Sequence record: SRR31156797_2267
Reading direction: 5' to 3' (one strand)
DNA length: 58,330 nt
Shown here: positions 10,257 through 20,418 of the stretch, one piece after another
Numbering within the stretch: the first letter of the stretch is position 1
Layout of the letters: every line of letters starts with the position of its first letter
Made by a program: the position numbers and the translations under genes
Notes under the pieces: model-generated
Seen by the model: only the letters and a program-made list of their open reading frames with translations
Databases searched by the model: none
What the model was told of the DNA's origin: nothing

Positions 10257-10957
10257 GTTTTTTTAAACACCTGATCGAAAGTTTCACATGCTTTAATATA
10301 ATCCTCAGGACGGCCTATATCCATCCAATATCCATCATGCGGTAAGATCTTTGCAGGGTTGGAGTCAGCTATCATATCCAACATTAAATGATCAAAACCA
10401 TAGGCTTGGTCTTGAGGTATATATTTTAAAATAGCTTTGTTTGCCATATATATTCCCATACTGACGTTATAGCTATTTTCGGGTTTTTCCTTAAAATCTA
10501 TCAGCTGATCATTATCATCTGCGATAAGTACACCATAGTCTATCTTCTGAATTCTCTTGAAAGATGATATCGTAAATAAACTATTGCTATCAATATGCTT
10601 TTCGTAAAAAGATGCATAATCTATATCTGACAAAACATCGCCATTCATAACAAGAAAATTATCAGGCAAGTCTTTAATTAAACTTAGTGGCCCCATAGTT
10701 GAAAGTGGTTTTTTTTCCAGAGAGTAGTCAATTTTCACGCCCCACTTACTACCATTCCCAAAGAAATCAATAATAAGATCCGCCATATGGTTCACTGTCA
10801 TTGTAATGTGATCAAAACCACTGTCGATCAATTGTTTGATTATGATCTCCAAGATGGGTTTATCCCCAATTGGCACCAATGGTTTTGGCATTGTTACAGT
10901 ATATGGCCTTAAACGTGTTCCCTTTCCCCCCGCTAGGATGATCGCTCTTTTAGACAT
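10253..10957 (-). CDS. Sugar-1-phosphate nucleotidyltransferase
   Basis: LAGGKGTRLRP..PKPL, MNGDVL, EKP, WMDIGRPEDY. Confidence 0.85.
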   Translation of the reverse strand: MSKRAIILAGGKGTRLRPYTVTMPKPLVPIGDKPILEIIIKQLIDSGFDHITMTVNHMADLIIDFFGNGSKWGVKIDYSLEKKPLSTMGPLSLIKDLPDNFLVMNGDVLSDIDYASFYEKHIDSNSLFTISSFKRIQKIDYGVLIADDNDQLIDFKEKPENSYNVSMGIYMANKAILKYIPQDQAYGFDHLMLDMIADSNPAKILPHDGYWMDIGRPEDYIKACETFDQVFKKT

Positions 10958-11939
10958 TATAAATTCCAGCCTTGTATTTGTTTAAGTTTTCTTTTTTTGA
11001 AAACCATTCTATTGTTTCTTGCAGGCCCATATCCAATGTATATTTTTGTTCCCAATTTGTAAGTTCAATTAGTTTTTTATTTGATCCATACAGTCGGTTG
11101 ACCTCACTTTTTTCGGGACGGATACGTTCTTCATCACAAATGATCTTTGCGTCTGGCTTTATCATATTAATTAGTTTACCGGCAAGATCACCAATGGATA
11201 TTTCGCTTTGAGTAGCTATATTGATCTCATGTCCGATCGTTGAATTTGATCGCGCAATCTCAATAAATCCCGCAACGGTATCTTTCACATATAAGAAATC
11301 TCTCGTCGGAGAAACAGCTCCCAGCTTAATTTCAGAATAACCAGATTGAAGTTGAGTAATGATCGTCGGAATAACTGCTCTGGCAGACTGTCTTGGTCCA
11401 AAGGTATTAAATGGCCTAACAATTGTCATCGGTAGATCAAAAGAACGATAGAAAGATTCCGCCAGACGGTCAGCTCCTATTTTAGTCGCACTATAAGGTG
11501 ACTGTCCTTGATATGGATGCTCTTCTGTAATGGGAATGAATTTAGCCGTACCATATACCTCTGATGTCGATGTTATCAATACTCTTTCGGTTCCCAGATC
11601 CCTGGCGGCGCTCAATACATTCAAAGTACCTTTAATGTTTGTATCGACATAGCTGTCCGGTGAATGGTAACTAAAAGGGATCGCGATCAATGCAGCAAGA
11701 TGATAAACAATATCGCAACCCGTTATTGCCGTTCTAACACCATTGGGGTCACGGACGTCACCGGCAAAAATCTCTATCTTTTCTTTAATTTCTGATGGTA
11801 AAGTATCTATCCAACCCCACGAGTTAAATGAATTATAGTAAATAAATGCTCTAACATCGTATCCAAGTCGAACAAGTTCTTCTACTAAATGACTGCCTAT
11901 AAAACCGTCAGCACCTGTGACCAGCACTTTCTTTTTCAT
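10950..11939 (-). CDS. NDP-GlcNAc 4,6-dehydratase, LegB-like
   Basis: GADGFIGSHL, YYNSFNSWGW, ALIAIPFSY, STSEVYG, YSATK, RPFNTFGPRQSARA; ATG at 11939 overlaps the upstream TGA. Confidence 0.85.
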   Translation of the reverse strand: MKKKVLVTGADGFIGSHLVEELVRLGYDVRAFIYYNSFNSWGWIDTLPSEIKEKIEIFAGDVRDPNGVRTAITGCDIVYHLAALIAIPFSYHSPDSYVDTNIKGTLNVLSAARDLGTERVLITSTSEVYGTAKFIPITEEHPYQGQSPYSATKIGADRLAESFYRSFDLPMTIVRPFNTFGPRQSARAVIPTIITQLQSGYSEIKLGAVSPTRDFLYVKDTVAGFIEIARSNSTIGHEINIATQSEISIGDLAGKLINMIKPDAKIICDEERIRPEKSEVNRLYGSNKKLIELTNWEQKYTLDMGLQETIEWFSKKENLNKYKAGIYNV

Positions 11940-13000
11940 CAATTTTTCTCCAAACTATTAATGATTTTATTCCATGTTTCCGAAGCGGAAGCATATGAAT
12001 AATCCTCTATAATTTTAAATCTCGCCTTTTTTGATAAAGTATCATAGAGATTTTTATCTTCAAGCAATATTTTTACTTTATTAGTATAATCTTCAATATC
12101 CATAGCATCTTCGACAAGAAAACCATTATTTTTATTTTCAATTATGTCCTCCATGTCTCCTACCTTGGATGCCACACAGGGAATTTCACATGCCATTGCC
12201 TCAAGTATGGTCCTTGGAAGGCCTTCTGTATGAGATGTCAAAAGAAATACTCTTGAGCTATTATAAAATTCCTCAATGTTATCGACAAAACCTAACATAC
12301 TGACGTTATTTTCTAAATTGAGATCCTGGATCATGGTCTTAAGGGATTTTTCCTCAGGACCTTTACCGGCTATCGCAGCTTTGATATTTGGAATATCTTT
12401 TTTAATCCCTGCGATTACTTTTAGAAAATTGCCCAGCTCTTTTTCTTCACTGATCCTGCCCAGGCTTACAATATCGTACTTTTTTTCGATCTGCATCGGT
12501 TTGAAAGTTTCAATATCTATCGAATTCGGCAATATGTATATTTTTTCTTTGTCAATACCATTTTCAATTAAAATATTTTTAGAATTGCTACCGGTGACTG
12601 TAACGGCAAACGCTCTTTTATACATGTAATTTGATATTAACTGCCTAAGACCTCTTCTTAATTGAGTATAACCGGGATTACCGATTATTGAAATAACACT
12701 TGGTACATTTCTTAGTTTCCCGGCAATATAGGCAAGCATTCCATGGGGTATTTCATAGATCCCGATAGCTAGGGTATAATCTTCAGTCATAAGCTTTATC
12801 ATCTTATAAAGCTTATGTATTTGTGCAAAGATACTCAGCTTGTGCTTGCTGGTATGGTATTCAACTTTCTTACATTTCAAGGCATCTTGATCTCGGAAAA
12901 CATCAATTCTGGATACTGAAGAAATATCCGAAATAGGTTTAATAAAACCGTAAGCTCCATATGGATCCAGTTTACATGCTAAAGCTATTTTTTTCAACAA
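11939..13000 (-). CDS. Glycosyltransferase family 4
   Basis: GRISEEK, EGLPRTILEAMA (EX7E), NGFLV; TTG start. Confidence 0.85.
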   Translation of the reverse strand: MLKKIALACKLDPYGAYGFIKPISDISSVSRIDVFRDQDALKCKKVEYHTSKHKLSIFAQIHKLYKMIKLMTEDYTLAIGIYEIPHGMLAYIAGKLRNVPSVISIIGNPGYTQLRRGLRQLISNYMYKRAFAVTVTGSNSKNILIENGIDKEKIYILPNSIDIETFKPMQIEKKYDIVSLGRISEEKELGNFLKVIAGIKKDIPNIKAAIAGKGPEEKSLKTMIQDLNLENNVSMLGFVDNIEEFYNSSRVFLLTSHTEGLPRTILEAMACEIPCVASKVGDMEDIIENKNNGFLVEDAMDIEDYTNKVKILLEDKNLYDTLSKKARFKIIEDYSYASASETWNKIINSLEKN

Positions 13001-13137
13001 AATTGTACTTTCATGAAATTTGATTTTATTTTTTATGCTTGTGATTTTATTGCATCGTCATACACATTTAGATGTACTTTTGACATTATAGCTGCTATAT
13101 CTTTCATTGTATTTTTTAATCTATTGGATCGTATTCA

Positions 13138-14478
13138 TTACTTAACATTATTAATTACAAATCTTCTTTTACCATTTCTTGGATTTGTCGGAATATCATT
13201 AATAATTTCAATACTGAAATTGACATCCTTGCCAATATAATCAACCATATCCTTATAGATCATATTCTCTTCATTTTGATCGTATTTCTCGTTTACAACA
13301 AGCTTTAGTATAATTTCATCTATTTTGTTTTGCACCACCTGAAACTGAGAAACCGAATCTATCCATTCAAAATATACCGTAAAGAAATGGACGATTATAC
13401 TTTTCCCACTTGGTGTTAATAGAATATCAACATCTCTACCCTCAATGCGTTCAAGGACGGGAAGTTTTCTTTGACAAGAGCAAGGTTCTTTAGAAATAAT
13501 GCCGACATCTTTTGAATTATACCGTATGAAAGGTACTGCGTAATTCCAAAGATCCGTTGATATTATCTCTCCCTTTTCATCACCGTGACCGAATTTTTGA
13601 TTTGGAATGATTTCGGTAATGGCATATTCAGATGAAATATGGTATTTATCATGTGTTTCGCATTCAAAGACCGTTGCACCACCATCACCTGTATATGAGT
13701 CAAATATCTTACAATCAAAAACTTGCTCTATCTTCTTTCTCATATGTGGAAATAATATTTCACCGGTCGTGTTGATTGCTTTCAGCTTAATATTATTTGA
13801 CTTTGATTTTTCAATATGTTCAGCAAGTAAATATATTGTTGATGGATACCCTCTTATGATCTTGACACCGGATGATTCAATTGATTGTGTAATATTCTCA
13901 ATTTCCTCTACCGACAAGCTTTGAGTTAGCATGTATTGACAATTATTGATCTTATCCTGGAGCTTTTTCTTAAAACTGTCTCTTGGATTCTGACTGAGTT
14001 TTACATAAAAATCTCCTAAACGATAGCCCATCCAATACCAGCCGCGCAAATTAGCGGCAACATTAAAGCTGTATGCGTCATTTGAAACATAAAATTGTAC
14101 GGGTTCACCCGTTGAACCGCTTGAACCCAATAAGAACATATCTTTTTTTCTGATATTCCGTGCAACGATCTTTCCGGTTTTCATATTTTCACGAACGATC
14201 TCTTTTGTTAAAACCGGTAATTTATTCAAATCTTCTTTCGTTCTGATATCTTCAGGTTTCAGTCCCAATCGATCGAATAATTCCTTATAGTATTCAACAT
14301 TATTATAAGCATGATGGACCAGGTCACATAATTTTTTGTTTTGAAATCTGGTAAGCTCCTCTTCAGACCACCATTGACTTTTTTGAAGAAAATTCAAATG
14401 CTTGTGCACTGATTGGTTCATAATAATATCGCCGGCAGGCAGTAGGATTTTCTCAGATATGATATTTCTTAAACTCAA
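13138..14478 (-). CDS. Phenylacetate-CoA-ligase-like adenylating enzyme (CapK family)
   Basis: AYNNVEYY, LPVLTK, SSGSTGEP, GYPS, PFIRY..D, IEGR, GKRRF. Confidence 0.85.
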   Translation of the reverse strand: MSLRNIISEKILLPAGDIIMNQSVHKHLNFLQKSQWWSEEELTRFQNKKLCDLVHHAYNNVEYYKELFDRLGLKPEDIRTKEDLNKLPVLTKEIVRENMKTGKIVARNIRKKDMFLLGSSGSTGEPVQFYVSNDAYSFNVAANLRGWYWMGYRLGDFYVKLSQNPRDSFKKKLQDKINNCQYMLTQSLSVEEIENITQSIESSGVKIIRGYPSTIYLLAEHIEKSKSNNIKLKAINTTGEILFPHMRKKIEQVFDCKIFDSYTGDGGATVFECETHDKYHISSEYAITEIIPNQKFGHGDEKGEIISTDLWNYAVPFIRYNSKDVGIISKEPCSCQRKLPVLERIEGRDVDILLTPSGKSIIVHFFTVYFEWIDSVSQFQVVQNKIDEIILKLVVNEKYDQNEENMIYKDMVDYIGKDVNFSIEIINDIPTNPRNGKRRFVINNVK

Positions 14479-15566
14479 TTAACCACCCTTATATATAAAT
14501 CGATAAAAGATTGTGACATTTTATCCAGATTGAAATACTCACATATTCTTTTTTTGCCCAAAATACCCATTTTAATTCTTTTTTCAGGATCATTGATCAG
14601 AAATAATATTTTCTCTCTCAGATCATTAGTATCTTCATTCCTAATGACAAAACCTGTTTCATTGTTTTCTATGATCTCTGATGTACCACCGCTATCGGAG
14701 GCTATCACGGGTTTCCCGATAACCATATATTCCAATATTGAATTTGATATCCCTTCACCATGCATTTGTCCATTTGTCATTAATACGCATAAATCAGAAG
14801 CATTCACAAGAGATTCAATATTCTCCCTTCTTCCAGGCAATTTAATATTGTCATATGTCCTGGAATCATCTCTATACTTCTCAAGATCCTTCCCTTCTCC
14901 AATACCCATAAATGTAATATCATTCCTTTTATCGCATATCTCTTTTGCAACAGCAATATAACTATCATAATCTTTTCTATCCGAAAAAGCCCCAACCATT
15001 GTAACAAGATATTTTGTTTTTATACCATAGCTTTCTCTTGTAATTTCTTTTGTTTCCAGGTTTTTAACCCTATTCATGTCAAAACCGTTATATATGCATT
15101 CAGATTTACCTATCGGGGCATTATAAGACAATAGTCCTGCTTTAGAATTTGCCAGTATTTTGTCCGAATTTCTAAAATTCAATTTTGTCTGCAATCCAAA
15201 TATTGATATCCAATTAATATGTTGAGGGGCATCCGTTATTTGTGAATTTATCAGTTTAAATTTTAATTTCTTCTTTGCGTGGATGGCATACGTAGCATTC
15301 ATGCTTGACCAGCAATGTACAATGTCGGGGTTGATCTCTTTACAGAGCTTATAGAACTTGACAAATATCGAGAGATCACCTTTTCTTTTTTTAATTAAAT
15401 GATATGGATAATCAAGCGTATGAAATTCTGGATAAACAATTTCCTCCCTTAAAGAAACAATATGTATATCAAATCTATGATCATTTTTAAGAGCTTTAAG
15501 AAGCTCTATACAGCGTCTTTCTTTTCCACCGGATCGAAAGCCATCGACAAAAAATACTATTTTCAT
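14475..15566 (-). CDS. Glycosyltransferase family 4
   Basis: SGGKERR, PDIVH, IYNG, RKDY, EGISNSILEYM..GKPV. Confidence 0.88.
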   Translation of the reverse strand: MKIVFFVDGFRSGGKERRCIELLKALKNDHRFDIHIVSLREEIVYPEFHTLDYPYHLIKKRKGDLSIFVKFYKLCKEINPDIVHCWSSMNATYAIHAKKKLKFKLINSQITDAPQHINWISIFGLQTKLNFRNSDKILANSKAGLLSYNAPIGKSECIYNGFDMNRVKNLETKEITRESYGIKTKYLVTMVGAFSDRKDYDSYIAVAKEICDKRNDITFMGIGEGKDLEKYRDDSRTYDNIKLPGRRENIESLVNASDLCVLMTNGQMHGEGISNSILEYMVIGKPVIASDSGGTSEIIENNETGFVIRNEDTNDLREKILFLINDPEKRIKMGILGKKRICEYFNLDKMSQSFIDLYIRVVN

Positions 15567-16885
15567 TCATCACTCGTTGTTAATTGGCTTTCCATAATGG
15601 GTAGCATAAATAATAAGTATTGATTTGCTCCACTGGAATTTACCATGAAGATCGTTATGATATATGGAATGATAGTATAAAATGCGTTCATGGATTTACG
15701 ATTTCTGAAAGCATAAGAAATTAGTCTGATGTGTAAATAAAGAGTAATGAGCAAGAATACAAGCCCCCCTCTATATAAAATATTTACAAAATAATTATGC
15801 GCAGCTCTATAAAAATTAATGATCGTGGGATTACCGAAAATAAAACTCTTGGGATTTGCAAACATATATTGCAAATAAATATTCCATTTCCATATTCTAG
15901 TTCCCTGGTTTTCAACATTCGTGTGAGTAGAAATGGCAAAGTCATCAAAACGACTCATAAACATTATGAACTGATCAAAAAACAACAATATCACAAGGAG
16001 AAAAATAACGATAAGTGCAAAACTTCTATTTTGTCTAATATTCCTGACAAAGTATAAAAATGCTATCACCGCCAAGGCACCCAGTGCAGTTCGAGAAGCC
16101 GCGATCAAAATAGCCATGAGTGAGATCGCCAGAACAATATAATATTTTCTACTGAAATCCTTTCTCTCGATCATGGTCAAAATGTAACCAACATAAATAA
16201 CAATAAATCCTGCAAAGGTATTTACATCTCCTCCCGTAAACAGTCCTTTTGCGCGAATATTACTTGCAAAATCTTCCATAACACCTGTTTCACTCGTCTC
16301 AACATTCAATCCGATAGCATGTAACTGCCATGTAAAGATCGAGCTTAATGCAAGAAAAAGAATACCGAAAAATATACCCATATTTACATAATTTATTAAT
16401 TTTTTATCATATATCAGCGATAGGATCCTCAATAAGATCACGAATTTTAAACAAATCTTAAAATACATCTTAACAAAGGAGAAGAGGCCTTGACTCTCTA
16501 TACCGAATGCGGAATCCTTTAACCAAACATATAGTATATAGACAAGAGAGAAAAATATCATAGATCTGAGAATCTTGATGTACCCTTTTTTCCTTCCTTT
16601 GGATACCGGGATAGAAAATACAATGAAAAATGCAAATATCTGAACCAATTCCTCTATACCGATCACACCCATAAGATTAAATTCCGATGAAATAATTTCA
16701 CCCATGGGTATCAACATCACAAAAAGGGAAATAATAATATATTTATTTAGGAAATATATGACCAAAAGTATAAAGATGATCGTGAAGATCAGTGCAGTAA
16801 AGGCATTTAATGCGGATAAGAGAAGTATTGATGCGGTAAGTACCGAAAATATAAATATAGTTGTTCTATCGAGTTTAAAATCCAT
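15563..16885 (-). CDS. Wzy polymerase / O-antigen ligase family membrane protein
   Basis: About 11-12 TM segments, R..G.F...N motif, ASRTA, periplasmic R..W and AHNYF motif. Confidence 0.7.
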   Translation of the reverse strand: MDFKLDRTTIFIFSVLTASILLLSALNAFTALIFTIIFILLVIYFLNKYIIISLFVMLIPMGEIISSEFNLMGVIGIEELVQIFAFFIVFSIPVSKGRKKGYIKILRSMIFFSLVYILYVWLKDSAFGIESQGLFSFVKMYFKICLKFVILLRILSLIYDKKLINYVNMGIFFGILFLALSSIFTWQLHAIGLNVETSETGVMEDFASNIRAKGLFTGGDVNTFAGFIVIYVGYILTMIERKDFSRKYYIVLAISLMAILIAASRTALGALAVIAFLYFVRNIRQNRSFALIVIFLLVILLFFDQFIMFMSRFDDFAISTHTNVENQGTRIWKWNIYLQYMFANPKSFIFGNPTIINFYRAAHNYFVNILYRGGLVFLLITLYLHIRLISYAFRNRKSMNAFYTIIPYIITIFMVNSSGANQYLLFMLPIMESQLTTSDE

Positions 16886-16914
16886 TCATAATCCTTTAGA
16901 ATTTATTGTTAATT

Positions 16915-18129
16915 CTAATTATTTACATTGTCTTCTACTTCATCACAAATTCTTATCAATTGTTCATACTTTGCTTCATAGAATTTCAACATATGTTCAT
17001 TCTTCTCATTGTTCATCATATCGTTCAGCATATCAATATAATAAATATCCATCCCATCTTTTGTTGTAGATAGTATGGCAAATGTGAGAATTTTTTTCTC
17101 AAGGCTATCTAAACCGTAAGAGGAAATGAACGGTAGTTTAATATCAGTCTTTTTCATGAAACGAGCTATCTTATCTTGACCAACAATTTGGCTACCAATA
17201 ATATTAGCTAAACGCGTATATCCTTTTTCCACCAAATAATTGCTTGCAAAGATCTCTTCATATTCGGAAATATCAGTTAATAATAGACCTATCCTTGATA
17301 GTAGTCCCACTAATTTCATTTCATCGGGATTGATCATGGCTCTACCTCGACGGCTGATTTCCTTACTGATATTATAAGCTTTTGTAGAAACCGCTTTAAT
17401 GTATTTCAAATAATCATCTTTGTTCTCAATGTACTCACAACTGTCAAGCAATGTGTGTAATATATCAATTGCCGTTTCTTCTGAAATTGTTAAATAATTT
17501 TTAAGTTCGCCATCAACTTCATTTATTGATTTTGAAATTTCCAAATAACTATAATCATGATTAATGGATTTATATCTGTCATGATGTATTCTTTCATTCA
17601 ACGGTCTTTTTTGAGGTGCAAAAGGTTCATTCTTCCGCTTCCCTAAAGGAATGATAACCAGGGGAATATAGGTTTCCGGAAGATCCAATATCTTAGAAAT
17701 TTCTTTTTCGTCAAAGCTACTGATCCATAGCGTATCAATGTCCATAGAATTAGCTGCCAGCATGATATTTTGCGTTGCAGCAGCCGCATCCATATGGATG
17801 AAGATACTGCTACCTTTCTCAGCGGTGGTGTTCGAATGTGAACTAAGTGATCCAACTTTTCTTGCTAGGAACAGATCACCTATCACAACAATAGTCGCAT
17901 CCACTTTAGATGTTTGATTTTGTTGGCAAGGCTTTGTAAGTGCATTTAAAACTTCTTTATCACGTATGACAATAAACTCGAGAGGTTGAATATTCCTGGC
18001 TGAAGGAATAAATTTCGCTGCCTCAAGTAATTTCATCACCGTATCATCATCAATCTTATAATCCTCAATAAACGATCTTACACTACGTCGGCTTTTTATA
18101 ATGTCAAAAACAGTCTCGTATTTACTCAT
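16915..18129 (-). CDS. Nitroreductase-family flavoprotein fused to a degenerate HD domain
   Basis: N-terminal IKSRRSVRSF, PSARNIQP, DAAAATQNIMLAA, LGK; C-terminal half follows the HDIG pattern (GLLSRIG in place of GLLHDIG, LEKKIL). Confidence 0.75.
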   Translation of the reverse strand: MSKYETVFDIIKSRRSVRSFIEDYKIDDDTVMKLLEAAKFIPSARNIQPLEFIVIRDKEVLNALTKPCQQNQTSKVDATIVVIGDLFLARKVGSLSSHSNTTAEKGSSIFIHMDAAAATQNIMLAANSMDIDTLWISSFDEKEISKILDLPETYIPLVIIPLGKRKNEPFAPQKRPLNERIHHDRYKSINHDYSYLEISKSINEVDGELKNYLTISEETAIDILHTLLDSCEYIENKDDYLKYIKAVSTKAYNISKEISRRGRAMINPDEMKLVGLLSRIGLLLTDISEYEEIFASNYLVEKGYTRLANIIGSQIVGQDKIARFMKKTDIKLPFISSYGLDSLEKKILTFAILSTTKDGMDIYYIDMLNDMMNNEKNEHMLKFYEAKYEQLIRICDEVEDNVNN

Positions 18130-18877
18130 TATAAAACTCCTTTGCTATTTCAAGATCATGAAGGTCATCCACTTCACACCATTTATAACCATTCATATCC
18201 ATTGCATACTGAATATAATCTGAATTTTTTACTAGATTATCAATAGCACTATGATGGAAAGAATTGATACCGGCCTGCAGTTGTTCATAAATTTTATCGA
18301 AAAATTGCGTCGAGCCCTTTGCTGAAAATTTATGGATCCCAACCGTACAGCCGTAACCTTCATAAAATGTTTTACTAAATGCTCTAATTTTATTTGATCC
18401 ATTATCAACCAAAACTTTCATTCCGTCTTCCGGCAAGGGGCGTGTACTGTCAATTACTGAGAGATTTTCGAATTCCGAATTAAATACATCGATCAACACT
18501 TGCTTATCATAGAGAATATCACCATTGATAAGAACAAACTGTTTTCCTTTCAAGTACATACTTGATAGCCAAACAGAAAAATTGTTATTAAGTATTGAAT
18601 ACAATGGATTTTCGATCATTTTTATATTCAAAGCATCCAAGTCAAGAGAAGATACGTACTCAATGATCTTTTCCTTCCTGAATCCAATACATATATTTAC
18701 ATCCTTGATCTTGATATCATTGGTTTTGACAATTTCATTCAAATACAACAAGGATTGTCCCAGCATGGTTCTTCCATTAATATCAATGATAGATTTTGGT
18801 GTATCTACCGTCAGGGAGCCTAATCTGCTTCCCATTCCTGCTGCTAAGATCAATATTGAATAATCTGTCTTGCTCAT
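18122..18877 (-). CDS. LicC-like phosphocholine/phosphoalcohol cytidylyltransferase
   Basis: LILAAGMGSRL..PKS, ENPLY, INGDILY, MKV, WCEVDDLHDL. Confidence 0.78.
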   Translation of the reverse strand: MSKTDYSILILAAGMGSRLGSLTVDTPKSIIDINGRTMLGQSLLYLNEIVKTNDIKIKDVNICIGFRKEKIIEYVSSLDLDALNIKMIENPLYSILNNNFSVWLSSMYLKGKQFVLINGDILYDKQVLIDVFNSEFENLSVIDSTRPLPEDGMKVLVDNGSNKIRAFSKTFYEGYGCTVGIHKFSAKGSTQFFDKIYEQLQAGINSFHHSAIDNLVKNSDYIQYAMDMNGYKWCEVDDLHDLEIAKEFYNE

Positions 18878-19842
18878 TTAACCTTCTCCAGAATTTTTGA
18901 ACACTTTGTTAATGAAATTGCTTCATATTCAGAACGAGAAATTTGCCTGAATACTCTTTCTAATATATCCCATATTTTATGATGATCTTCGATCGTTTGA
19001 GTATAAGGACTTTGACCCAATGCCAATTCAGACGAATGAAGCATCATGTTTATTACAGGCATCTCAAGCTTTGCTAATTTATTAATAAATTTATCGTAAT
19101 ATTTCATATCATATTTCGGATTTGGTCTTAACATACTGTATGTATTTAATTTTTTCAGTATTTTTCGTCCCAATCTGCTCATTTTCATTATATTTTTATT
19201 TTTTAAATACTTGCGTAATATTTTGCTAGGCATATTGACTGAAACTGGGATTTCAAACATCCCTGACATATCATCCTTAACCGGGTATAAGCTTTTTTGA
19301 GAAAAATCCGGACCCTTTTGCGATCTACCGATATTATTGCTCCAATTCACTCCGGGAACTACCGATGTATCAACTGAATACTTTTTTTCTTTTAACCACT
19401 TATATGTACGTTCGTCTACTCCCCACCTGCCGGCTCTATGTGATGTTGGAGCTTTCCCAAAATTGCTTTTAATAGTTTCGTGTAAACTATTGGTTTTATC
19501 CCTAAATAGATCATCAGGAAGTTCAAATTGATATGCGTGGATCCAATCCATATCTACACCATTCTTATCATTTGAAAAAGGTGGTGTTGTCCATACATGC
19601 AGATGATGACCAATTTCGCATTTATCCAAATCTGATTTTTGTTTTAGATAATCAACAGCCGGTTTGTAACTGGCATACTCATAAGAAAGCAAGTAAGTAG
19701 GAATGATACCATATTTCTCACATAATTCTTGAAATTTGGGTATTTCCTTGAAATTTTCTAATTTAATCTCAGCCTTTGAGTCCCATGCATTATCAGCCTC
19801 GGTATCTATAGTAATACAAAAATATTTACTGATCTGTTTCAT
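18874..19842 (-). CDS. Polysaccharide deacetylase (CE4, WalW-like)
   Basis: ITIDTEAD, EIGHHLHVWTTPP, HRAGRWG, VDTSV, MLHSSEL. Confidence 0.82.
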   Translation of the reverse strand: MKQISKYFCITIDTEADNAWDSKAEIKLENFKEIPKFQELCEKYGIIPTYLLSYEYASYKPAVDYLKQKSDLDKCEIGHHLHVWTTPPFSNDKNGVDMDWIHAYQFELPDDLFRDKTNSLHETIKSNFGKAPTSHRAGRWGVDERTYKWLKEKKYSVDTSVVPGVNWSNNIGRSQKGPDFSQKSLYPVKDDMSGMFEIPVSVNMPSKILRKYLKNKNIMKMSRLGRKILKKLNTYSMLRPNPKYDMKYYDKFINKLAKLEMPVINMMLHSSELALGQSPYTQTIEDHHKIWDILERVFRQISRSEYEAISLTKCSKILEKVK

Positions 19843-20417
19843 TTTACGACCCGATTAAACCTGAAACCCAGAATAAATCCACTTTTCAATTTACCTATAT
19901 ATTTAAAGCCTACGCGTTCATGAAGTTTTACAGAACCAATTCTATCCGAATAAATCCTACTCAATACAATGGTTTTTTTAAGCTTGAACATTTCATTGAT
20001 AGCATTATAAAGTAAAATACTTCCCAATCTTTTTCCACGAGCTTTATCATTTATGTAGATATTTGATATTTCAAATGATCTTTTCAATTCATTTTGAGGA
20101 GCAGGAGCAGAATAACGCCATTTTCTGCACCATACAGCTCCCATCAGCTCGCTATCTGTGAATATTCCATATGCTGGTATACTTTTTTCAAAACGATCGA
20201 TCAGGAGTGCATTCAGATCATTATAAGAATAATCACCAAGCTCTTTGACCCAACTCTTGATGATCTCTGGAATATCGTTCTTATCAAGTTTCCTGAATTC
20301 AAATTCGATATCGGAATCTATCATTATAAGTTCATTTTTATTTAGACGGTAAAGGGGCATTGCTTTCATTGAATACAAACGTTTTTTTACCCTTCTAAAA
20401 AGCCCTGTAATATTCAT
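19839..20417 (-). CDS. GNAT-family N-acyltransferase
   Basis: IYINDKARGKRLGS acetyl-CoA motif A, SVKLHERVGF motif B; ATG at 20417 lies just after the mutase stop. Confidence 0.75.
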   Translation of the reverse strand: MNITGLFRRVKKRLYSMKAMPLYRLNKNELIMIDSDIEFEFRKLDKNDIPEIIKSWVKELGDYSYNDLNALLIDRFEKSIPAYGIFTDSELMGAVWCRKWRYSAPAPQNELKRSFEISNIYINDKARGKRLGSILLYNAINEMFKLKKTIVLSRIYSDRIGSVKLHERVGFKYIGKLKSGFILGFRFNRVVK

Positions 20418-20418
20418 A

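Noticed and set aside
10253-11939. Legionaminic/pseudaminic acid pathway
   Set aside because: No NeuB-type synthase, hydrolysing epimerase or CMP-transferase in the window.
13001-13137. 137-bp gap with a minus-strand TATAAT (13085-13090) as an internal promoter, and ORF 13013-13240
   Set aside because: No convincing -35 and no ops-like motif; the ORF is antisense with no recognisable features.
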